From Crocosphaera subtropica ATCC 51142 (GTDB lineage Bacteria > Cyanobacteriota > Cyanobacteriia > Cyanobacteriales > Microcystaceae), in assembly GCF_000017845.1 (NCBI RefSeq), contig NC_010546.1, positions 2,700,001 through 2,732,000 of the forward strand: a stretch of 32,000 bases of DNA, given 5' to 3'. The position numbers were made by a program, and so were the translations under genes. The notes beneath the pieces are model-generated. The model did no database searches. It saw only the letters and a program-made list of their open reading frames with translations, and was not told the DNA's origin. Within the stretch, counting starts at the first letter, position 1. Every line of letters begins with the position of its first letter. Shown in pieces: positions 8,012 through 15,144 of the stretch.

Positions 8012-8037
8012 CACCCTACACTTTTGTGTTTAGGGTG
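8012..8037 (-). terminator. possible terminator hairpin downstream of the 891-aa gene
   Basis: CACCCTA(A)ACAC-aaaa-GTGTAGGGTG on the minus strand, 45 nt after the stop at 8082. There is no clear U-tract. Confidence 0.3.
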
Positions 8038-8081
8038 GTAAGGTTCACTCTATCTTAAATTTGATTGAGTTAAATAATATC

Positions 8082-10757
8082 TTATAAAGTTTGTCTCGTT
8101 TTAATTTGTTTTATAATGGTGTTTGTGCATGGTCTAAGGGCAGCCTTCTCATTATCTAAGGCCACAACAGGATTATAAGAACTAGTGTATCCTGCCAGTA
8201 AATCTGATGGCAAAGTCACTCTAATGTTTTGACCATTTTTATCAGTTAAAACCTCACTTGTCTTAGGATCGATCAGATATTGAGGCATTATAATAAATAC
8301 TCCTTTTCGTGTTTTTTTCCCCATAAACAGTCCTAGTTCAAAAATGACATTATCTCTGGCTACTTTTTCCTCTCGGCCTCTTGAGAGCCTATCATCATCA
8401 GGAGCTAAAATAAATATCCCAAAATCATATTTATTGACAACATCTTCTAAAGATTCTAGGGGTGTTTGCAGTCCAAATGCCCCAAAACTATCACTATCTT
8501 TCCATAATACAGGATGAATATTTGGGTCTTCAGCTAAAAGTTGAACAACAGTATTAGCAATATTTAGATACTCTGAAGACGAACCAATAAAAACTTTAGG
8601 GGGTATTTGTGACATTGTTTTTCGTGCTGATGATTTTGTTCCCTTTCCCAATGATATATCAAGGTGGAGGAATTTCGCAAGCTGATTCAATTGTAAATCC
8701 TCTTGAATAATTATGTGTTCTAAATTCTTGCCAATTTGTATTACAGCATCGGAATGCACTTGTATTAAACTTTCTTTAATTAATACTAAGGCTTCACTTT
8801 CTTCCTTTTTTGTAAGTCTATATGATTTATAAGAAATCTCTGATATTTTAGGATCTTTTTTGCCCTTTGGTAATTGCTTCCAAAAATGTATAGCATAATC
8901 CTTTGCTTTTTCTAGCAACTCATTTTTTGTACTACCTATACTTTTATTATTACTATGTTTGAGTATCTCCCTAAAAGGTATAAATAAACCACTGAAAGAA
9001 GTTTTAGTTCTTGTGATTTTTTCCTTTTCATCTAACAATTCATTAAAAACTTGGTCAGACATAGCAATAGCATTTAGCCAAGCGTCTAAAGCATAATTAC
9101 CCATAAGACCTTCCACAGTTCCCCACTCAGAGTAAAATCCACCATCTAATTTAGGAAGTTTAACTGAATGCTCACGAAATAAGTCTTGAGCATTTTTAGG
9201 TTTATTTTTATATTCCTTCGCATTCAATCGATATAATAGGCCTAATGTAGTAACATTCGTTGCATTATAGTCTTTCTTAACGACAGCTTTTGCTAGATCA
9301 ATTGCTAAGTTTTTAAATTCTCTTCTTTTCTGTGATGTTAAATTTTTCTCTTCGTCTACTTTATAAAAAAAATATTTGGACAAAGTATTCCATTCTGTGA
9401 GTTTTTGAGGCTCACTATCTTTAAAAACGTCAAAAGTATTTTCGAGTAATTCTGAATAAAGATCAAGAATGAAAATACGGAATATATTTCTATGTTCTTC
9501 CAATATTTCTAAAGAGATTTTTGCAATTAGAGGATGACGAGTTAAAACAGAACTCCCTGCATAAGAACTAGATAGCAATGGAATTTCTTGTCCTAAGTAT
9601 TCCAAAATGTCTATCTGAAGCTCTCTAATTTTACAATTAAATATTTTGGCTAAAGTCCCTTGATAAAGAATGTCTTTTTCCTCTGCATGAATAGCAGCAA
9701 TATAGGCAAAAACTTCGAGCAATTTTCTTGGATGTTCTTTATCATTAATTATGATAGGAGTCTTATAAAGTTTTGAACATAAGTCATATAGTCGATTTTT
9801 TAATTCTTGAGTCCCGTAAAGAACTGCAAGAACTCCTCCAAATAAAGTTCTATCTTCCATTGATTCAGATACTTTTCCTTGTTCACGATTAGCCGCATTT
9901 AAAAATTTTTCTGCTAGATGATTAATGGTTTCCTTACTAATATTATCATTACTTTCTATTCCTTGTATTTCTAGTCCTTTGGGAAGATACTCTATCCAGT
10001 TTTCTACGATTTTTATCGCATCATAATTAGATAAACCCTCAATTCGATAAGGATGAGCAAAATATCCTGGATATTGTGACCAATACTGACGTTGGGCTAA
10101 TTTAAAGTCTATAGTGCGACAACAGAATAAGAAACGAAAACATACATTTTTATCTTTTTTTTCTAGCTCTAGGTAATCAATAACTTTTACAATTTCTTCA
10201 AAAATTTGTTCTGCATGATCGGAAACAATAATCACATTCTTTTTCCCTCTATTATCGTGATTTTTATCTTTATCTTCAATGATATAATCTACTAATTTAA
10301 TTAAAGATTTAGAAGTTGATGGAGGTGTAGCAATATTGGATTCTTGTCGCCAATAACCTCTCCAATCTCTGTCACCAGACCTTTTGCGAAGTAAAAGCTC
10401 AACAGATTGCATCAACACTGTTGTTTTTCCCTCTCCTGTTGCCCCTGTAATCCATTTAACATTTACTCTCTCTCTGCTTTCAGATTCTATAATGTCATTA
10501 ACAATGTTCTCAACAATTTCTCTTGATGGAATACGTAGAGAAGTGATTTCCAACCAATCGGGTTTATACCCTTGAAAATAACTAATAATCCTGTCATCTA
10601 AATATTTTTTGTAATCTTCTTCAAATTCTTTATAATCTTTTTTATAATCCTTTTTATAATCTTTTTTGTCATCTAGTAGGACGTTCTTTAAACTTTGATA
10701 TGTTATTTTAGTCCAGTCTTGTGACCAGTTTAGGTTTTCTCCTACATTATTCTCCAT
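8082..10757 (-). CDS. 891-aa P-loop NTPase (STAND-like) with C-terminal TIR-like domain (PF10137 / CAP12-Pycsar-effector type); candidate anti-phage protein
   Basis: Walker A GATGEGKT is at aa 105-112 (nt 10422..10445, verified by back-translation). Walker-B-like NVIIVSD ends at D180. The region aa ~230-710 is helical. In aa ~721-865, KVFIGSSSEY...YDFGIFILAPDD...ARDNVIFELGLFMGKKTRKGVFII...LPSDLAG-like closely follows the pattern of the 'nucleotide-binding protein containing TIR-like domain' family. E807 (nt 8337..8339) sits in the FELG motif. Confidence 0.8.
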   Translation of the reverse strand: MENNVGENLNWSQDWTKITYQSLKNVLLDDKKDYKKDYKKDYKEFEEDYKKYLDDRIISYFQGYKPDWLEITSLRIPSREIVENIVNDIIESESRERVNVKWITGATGEGKTTVLMQSVELLLRKRSGDRDWRGYWRQESNIATPPSTSKSLIKLVDYIIEDKDKNHDNRGKKNVIIVSDHAEQIFEEIVKVIDYLELEKKDKNVCFRFLFCCRTIDFKLAQRQYWSQYPGYFAHPYRIEGLSNYDAIKIVENWIEYLPKGLEIQGIESNDNISKETINHLAEKFLNAANREQGKVSESMEDRTLFGGVLAVLYGTQELKNRLYDLCSKLYKTPIIINDKEHPRKLLEVFAYIAAIHAEEKDILYQGTLAKIFNCKIRELQIDILEYLGQEIPLLSSSYAGSSVLTRHPLIAKISLEILEEHRNIFRIFILDLYSELLENTFDVFKDSEPQKLTEWNTLSKYFFYKVDEEKNLTSQKRREFKNLAIDLAKAVVKKDYNATNVTTLGLLYRLNAKEYKNKPKNAQDLFREHSVKLPKLDGGFYSEWGTVEGLMGNYALDAWLNAIAMSDQVFNELLDEKEKITRTKTSFSGLFIPFREILKHSNNKSIGSTKNELLEKAKDYAIHFWKQLPKGKKDPKISEISYKSYRLTKKEESEALVLIKESLIQVHSDAVIQIGKNLEHIIIQEDLQLNQLAKFLHLDISLGKGTKSSARKTMSQIPPKVFIGSSSEYLNIANTVVQLLAEDPNIHPVLWKDSDSFGAFGLQTPLESLEDVVNKYDFGIFILAPDDDRLSRGREEKVARDNVIFELGLFMGKKTRKGVFIIMPQYLIDPKTSEVLTDKNGQNIRVTLPSDLLAGYTSSYNPVVALDNEKAALRPCTNTIIKQIKTRQTL

Positions 10758-10941
10758 TCTAATAGATTTAGATATTATGGTTTATAAAAATTAATACCTA
10801 ACACTTTTCAGTTTCGGTTACTAAAGTATAGTTTATCACATAGAGTACAATGGCTAGTTTAGTAGGTTGGATAGAAAAACGAAACCCAAAAATACAGAGA
10901 ACTAGCCTCAAAATTGTCCTTGAATACAGTAGGTTATTGAA

Positions 10942-11712
10942 TTAAGAATTTAGTCGCTGAGCGGTGCGTAAAATTTGCCCTGCTAAAATAGCTGCTCCAA
11001 AACCATTATCAATATTAACCACACCAATTCCCGTTGCACAGGAATTTAACATCGTTAATAAAGGGGCAACTCCTCCGAAGCTGGTTCCATAACCTACACT
11101 GGTAGGGACACCAATGACTGGACAATCCACCATACCAGCTACCACACTGGGTAAGGCTCCTTCCATACCAGCTACCACAATAATTACATCTGCTTGACTC
11201 AATAAATTTCGATGACTCAACAAGCGATGAATACCAGCAACCCCCACATCCCAAAGGCGTTGAGTTTCAAAGCCACAGAATTGAGCCGTCACCGCTGCTT
11301 CCTCAGCCACCGGTAAATCCGCCGTACCTGCCGTTAGGATCGAAATGACTCCTGACCCCTGAGAAGGCAGTTTGCCAGTTTGTAGGACGCAAATACGGGC
11401 AGTGGGATAGTAAATGAGAGATGGGATCTCCCCTTCGAGTTGTTCTGCGATCGCTTTTTCAATACGAGTAGCCATGACCACAGGAGAGTGGCGAGCCATA
11501 GTCGTCATAATTTGTATAATTTGTTCTGGGGTTTTCCCTGGTCCCCAAATGACTTCAGGAAACCCTGTTCTCAGATGACGATGGTGATCAACTTTAGCAA
11601 AGTCTGCCACCGGTTCAAAGTTGAAATGTTTCAGCTTTTCGAGGGCAAGATCGGGGCTGATTTCGCCTGTGGCGATAGCATTTAAAAGTTCTTGCAGCGC
11701 GTCAGGGTTCAT
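10942..11712 (-). CDS. larB: LarB / CpmA family (PurE-like) nickel-pincer cofactor biosynthesis protein
   Basis: The N-terminal helical part (DLALEKLKHFNFE..DFAKVDHHRHLRTGFPEVIWGPGKT) is followed by a PurE-like half (VISILTAGTADLPVAEEA...IIVVAGMEGALPSVVAGM...VIGVPTSVGYG). Confidence 0.8.
   Translation of the reverse strand: MNPDALQELLNAIATGEISPDLALEKLKHFNFEPVADFAKVDHHRHLRTGFPEVIWGPGKTPEQIIQIMTTMARHSPVVMATRIEKAIAEQLEGEIPSLIYYPTARICVLQTGKLPSQGSGVISILTAGTADLPVAEEAAVTAQFCGFETQRLWDVGVAGIHRLLSHRNLLSQADVIIVVAGMEGALPSVVAGMVDCPVIGVPTSVGYGTSFGGVAPLLTMLNSCATGIGVVNIDNGFGAAILAGQILRTAQRLNS
10957..10987 (+). repeat. right copy of 31-bp imperfect direct repeat (inside the last 15 codons of larB)
   Basis: See the left copy at 7854..7884: 27 of 31 identity, same orientation, same reading frame relative to the encoded peptide. 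Confidence 0.55.
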
Positions 11713-11928
11713 TCAATATCCATGTCCATTATCCATTCTCTATTATCGCTCATTGTTTGTTGATTCACTTCAGTTGATACAGATAGCTCTATCCAAGACA
11801 GTGTAAACTTAGAAAATAGGGCTTTTAGTTAGTAATGACTTTGAGCTAGACAAACTTGGTTAAATGGAAATCCCACGCACTGAATTGCTGTGGGACTGTT
11901 AATGTGATGCTAACTTTGAGGATAGGTC

Positions 11929-12330
11929 ATGGAATTAGAATTTCCTGAAGATTTAAGATATTTAGATAGTCATGAGTACATTCGATTAGATGGAGAAATT
12001 GCAACCATTGGCATTAGTGCTTATGCTATCGAGCAGTTAGGGGATCTTGTCTTTCTAGAATTGCCCGAAGTAGGAGACTCCCTAGAAAGAGGAAGCAGCT
12101 TTGGTTCGATTGAGTCAGTGAAAGCAGCAGAAGACCTTTATCCCCCCGTCTCAGGAACGGTCATTGATCGGAACGAAGCGATGATCGAAACCCCAGAGGT
12201 CATTGCTGATGATCCCTATGGGGACGGATGGCTGCTCAAAGTTCGGGTTGAAAACCCAGATGATGAATTAGAAGACACCCTATCGGCTCACGACTATCGT
12301 GCCATGCTTGAAGGGGAAGAGGGCATCTAA
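11929..12330 (+). CDS. gcvH: glycine cleavage system protein H
   Basis: [41 protein letters not shown] and the lipoyl-lysine motif [10 protein letters not shown]. Confidence 0.9.
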   Translation: MELEFPEDLRYLDSHEYIRLDGEIATIGISAYAIEQLGDLVFLELPEVGDSLERGSSFGSIESVKAAEDLYPPVSGTVIDRNEAMIETPEVIADDPYGDGWLLKVRVENPDDELEDTLSAHDYRAMLEGEEGI

Positions 12331-12450
12331 AACAAACACAGCGAACCTGTCTACCTTACCGTTGTTGTTTGAGAAGTTAACCTATTCTTAATTCTGTACT
12401 GCTCAAGATAGGGTGCCTTTGAAACGACAGCAAAAACCATGCAGAAGTCA

Positions 12451-12564
12451 CTAGGTGACAGGGGTTGCTGTAATCATCAAGTAAAGTAACACTGCTAAAA
12501 AGAGAACACAGAGTTTAACGATTAAGTAAGTAATACTATCAGGATATAGGAATGTATTTATCAT
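12451..12564 (-). CDS. possible 37-aa single-TM peptide (not in ORF track)
   Basis: Hand-translated: MINTFLYPDSITYLIVKLCVLFLAVLLYLMITATPVT. The ATG is preceded by AGGAGGAAAGTC, a strong Shine-Dalgarno with a 6-nt spacer. It lies in the otherwise empty gcvH-downstream spacer. Confidence 0.3.
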   Translation of the reverse strand: MINTFLYPDSITYLIVKLCVLFLAVLLYLMITATPVT

Positions 12565-12666
12565 GACTTTCCTCCTAGGGAAATACTCTTTGCTTAGTCT
12601 TCTCCCTGTCTTTATTCTCTCGTAAAAATAAAACTTCGTTACACAAATTCAGTAAAAATTTATAAT

Positions 12667-12978
12667 ATGGTAATCGAGTGGCTTAAATTTCAGGTTTCTC
12701 CTGAATCTAGAGATATTTTTATTCAATTAGATAATGAAATTTGGACTCCTGTTTTGGCAGAGTTTCCAGGTTTTTTAGGAAAAGAAGTCTGGATATCCCC
12801 TAATATACCCCAAGAAGTTACTCTGATCATTCGTTGGGAAACCCGTGAACAATGGAAAGCAATTCCTCAAACTCTTTTAGAAGAAACAGAACAGAAATTT
12901 GCTCAACGAATGCAAGATCATCCTTATGAAATGATTGAAGTAAGAGAATATCAAGTTAGAAAATTTCCTAATTCTTAA
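12667..12978 (+). CDS. small conserved hypothetical protein (ABM/Dabb-fold-like)
   Basis: 103-aa ORF with good coding appearance. MVIEWLKFQVSPESRD...FLGKEVWISP...IRWETREQWKAIP resembles small monooxygenase-like cyanobacterial proteins. The product call is tentative. Confidence 0.5.
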   Translation: MVIEWLKFQVSPESRDIFIQLDNEIWTPVLAEFPGFLGKEVWISPNIPQEVTLIIRWETREQWKAIPQTLLEETEQKFAQRMQDHPYEMIEVREYQVRKFPNS

Positions 12979-13159
12979 AGTTGATTATTAACCCATAAAA
13001 TCAAGGCGATCGTACGTCCTTATTAAAAAGGCTGATTGATAATAACAGAAAATATTTTAGTCCCTTAATAATGAGCGATCGCAAAGGTTCCCCAAGTCCC
13101 ATAAAATGTAACCAGTAGAAAACCCATCAAACTATTTGGTTGAACGCAGAGGAACTTTT

Positions 13160-14065
13160 ATGAAAATAGCCATCTTGTCCCAAGATGCTTCCTTATACTC
13201 AACAAGAAGACTCAAAGAAGCAGGAGAAGAATTAGGACATGAAATGCGTGTCGTTAACTATCTTCGCTGTTATATGAATATTACTTCCCATAAACCTGCC
13301 GTTTACTACAACGGTAAACTCCTAGAAAGTTTTGATGCAGTGATTCCTCGCATTGCTGCTTCTAAAACTTTTTATGGTACAGCCGTCGTCCGTCAATTTG
13401 AAGTGATGGGCGTGTTTAGTGCCAATGAATCACAAGCCATTTCTCGCTCCCGTGATAAACTGCGTTGCTTACAAATTTTAGCAAGGGATGGCATCGGTTT
13501 ACCCGTCACAGGATTTGCCCATGCAACCCAAGACATCGAAGGGTTACTGGACTTTGTGGGTGGTGCGCCGGTGGTTATTAAACTACTCGAAGGAACCCAA
13601 GGAATAGGGGTGGTTCTCGCAGATACCAATAACGCAGCCAAATCAGTGATAGAAGCCTTTCGTCAGTTAGATGCGAACATTTTGGTACAAGAGTTTATTA
13701 AAGAGGCTGCGGGGGTTGATTTACGCTGTTTTGTAGTTGGGGGAAAAGTGGTTGCTGCCATGAAACGGAAAGGCGCAGAAGGAGACTTCAGATCCAACCT
13801 GCACCGAGGGGGAAAAGCGGATATGGTTAAATTAACCCCAGAAGAAAGAACGACCGCCGTGAGGGCTGCAAAATCTATGGGCTTAAAAGTTGCAGGAGTC
13901 GATATGTTACGCTCCAATCATGGCCCAGTGGTGATGGAAGTAAACTCTTCTCCTGGAATAGAAGGTATAGAAAAAGCATCTGGTATTGATGTGGCCAAGA
14001 AAATCATCGAATTTTTAGCCAAAAATGCTCCTTCTGGGAGTACCCGCGATCGCATTCAGTTTTAG
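13160..14065 (+). CDS. rimK: RimK-family ATP-grasp alpha-L-glutamate ligase
   Basis: Start moved to ATG 13160 (MKIAILSQD...); the track start at 13136 is TTG. ATP-grasp motifs: [52 protein letters not shown]. Confidence 0.85.
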   Translation: MKIAILSQDASLYSTRRLKEAGEELGHEMRVVNYLRCYMNITSHKPAVYYNGKLLESFDAVIPRIAASKTFYGTAVVRQFEVMGVFSANESQAISRSRDKLRCLQILARDGIGLPVTGFAHATQDIEGLLDFVGGAPVVIKLLEGTQGIGVVLADTNNAAKSVIEAFRQLDANILVQEFIKEAAGVDLRCFVVGGKVVAAMKRKGAEGDFRSNLHRGGKADMVKLTPEERTTAVRAAKSMGLKVAGVDMLRSNHGPVVMEVNSSPGIEGIEKASGIDVAKKIIEFLAKNAPSGSTRDRIQF

Positions 14066-14149
14066 GGATCATCTAACGGGAAGTGTGGGAAAAATGTTGA
14101 TCGTTTCTCCCCCTGCCTCCTCTGCTCCAAAATTCAATTTTAACGAATC

Positions 14150-15103
14150 ATGACCAACCCGACTTTAGAAATTGGTGGAGTGGCGATCGCTCCTGGCCAA
14201 AAAGAACGTTTAGAGATTCCAGTTGCCCAACTTCCTACCCGAACCACTATTTCTTTGCCTGTGGTGGTGATCAATGGTCAATATCAAGGTCCAAGATTGT
14301 GGTTAAGTGCAGCGATTCATGGGGATGAAATCAACGGAGTTGAAATTATTCGACAGATTTTAAGCAAAATTAAGGCTAAATATTTATATGGAGCTATTAT
14401 TGCTGTTCCTGTGGTTAATGTATTTGGATTTATTGAACAGTCTCGTTATTTACCTGATCGCCGTGACTTAAACCGCTCTTTTCCTGGTTCTCCTCAAGGA
14501 TCGTTGGCTTCCCGTTTAGCTCATTTATTCATGACGGAAATTGTTAACCATAGTACCCACGGCATTGATTTACACACAGCAGCCCAACCAAGGATTAACT
14601 TACCTCAAATTCGAGCCAATTTACTGGATACGGAAACCTATCGCTGCGCCCAGGCTTTCGGCGCACCATTGATGATTCATGCCACCACCCGTGATGGTTC
14701 CCTGCGTCAAGCAGCTAGTAAACAGGGTATTCCCGTGTTGTTATACGAAGCAGGGGAAGCGTGTCGTTTTGATCCACAAGCCATTGATATTGGAGTCAGA
14801 GGGATTCTGCATGTGATGGATCTCTTGGAGATGTATACCCACCCTCTCACGGAGGATCTGCCATCCCCTTCCCTAGAAATAGAGAAAACAAAATGGGTTA
14901 GGGCATCTCGTGGGGGATTACTACATCTAGAAGTCAAATTAGGGGATAAAATCGAAAAAAAACAGCTTTTGGCGATTATTACTGACGCATTTGGCGAAAC
15001 AAAAGCAAAAATTCGTTCTCCTGATCAGGGTGTGGTTATTGGCCAAGTTCAAAATCCCTTGGTGAATCAAGGGGACGCAATCGTTCATCTGGCTTTAGCT
15101 TAA
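14150..15103 (+). CDS. succinylglutamate desuccinylase / aspartoacylase (AstE/AspA) family zinc deacylase
   Basis: The zinc motif AIHGDEINGVE, DLNRSFPG, and a later HGIDLHT are typical of the family. It is commonly paired with rimK. Confidence 0.8.
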   Translation: MTNPTLEIGGVAIAPGQKERLEIPVAQLPTRTTISLPVVVINGQYQGPRLWLSAAIHGDEINGVEIIRQILSKIKAKYLYGAIIAVPVVNVFGFIEQSRYLPDRRDLNRSFPGSPQGSLASRLAHLFMTEIVNHSTHGIDLHTAAQPRINLPQIRANLLDTETYRCAQAFGAPLMIHATTRDGSLRQAASKQGIPVLLYEAGEACRFDPQAIDIGVRGILHVMDLLEMYTHPLTEDLPSPSLEIEKTKWVRASRGGLLHLEVKLGDKIEKKQLLAIITDAFGETKAKIRSPDQGVVIGQVQNPLVNQGDAIVHLALA

Positions 15104-15144
15104 ATCTCGAAAGAAGCCCCACGCCATAAATACTAAAAGTAAAA

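Larger units (their letters stand above)
7885..10956. mobile_element. putative horizontally acquired islet (one cargo gene, no recombinase)
   Basis: It is bounded by the 31-bp direct repeats. Hand-counted 60-nt lines inside the cargo gene give about 28-32 percent GC, versus about 43 percent in a line of adjacent larB. It carries a single defence-like ORF. Confidence 0.4.

Noticed and set aside
10384-10575. 63-aa plus-strand ORF inside the 891-aa gene
   Set aside because: It is antisense to the Walker A region of a long, well-supported ORF, so it is a shadow frame.
7996-10937. 9-mer AGTAGGTTA present near both ends of the islet (7996 and 10929), with AGTAGGTT also at 10861
   Set aside because: Identical 9-mers are expected many times by chance in 32 kb of AT-rich DNA. 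The 31-bp repeat is the meaningful boundary signal.
5986-11446. Absence of HIP1 (GCGATCGC) from the islet as evidence for foreign origin
   Set aside because: I located 16 HIP1 copies by hand: 5879, 5978, 11447, 13075, 14046, 14183, 16418, 17460, 20954, 21264, 22187, 23081, 23578, 25024, 29255 and 31139. The first 5.9 kb of clearly native genes also has none, and the HIP1-free gap spans native genes on both sides of the islet. With a mean spacing of about 2 kb, a 3 kb gap is not informative.
11015-11806. Track ORFs 11015..11254 (-), 11440..11685 (+) and 11621..11806 (+), overlapping larB
   Set aside because: They are alternative-frame or antisense ORFs inside larB, with Cys/Trp/Ser-rich nonsense-like translations.
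11871-11895. Possible riboswitch or leader structure upstream of gcvH
   Set aside because: Only a short hairpin (TCCCACGCA...TGCTGTGGGA) is visible. I could not recognise the two-aptamer glycine riboswitch core, so there is not enough to call an RNA element.
13393-14937. Minus-strand ORFs 13393..13641, 13663..13917 and 14707..14937, inside rimK and the AstE-like gene
   Set aside because: They are antisense shadow ORFs in relatively GC-richer coding sequence.
13160-15103. rimK plus AstE/AspA-family deacylase as a possible novel pair
   Set aside because: This pairing is widespread and already recognised in many bacteria, and nothing is unusual in the sequence here.
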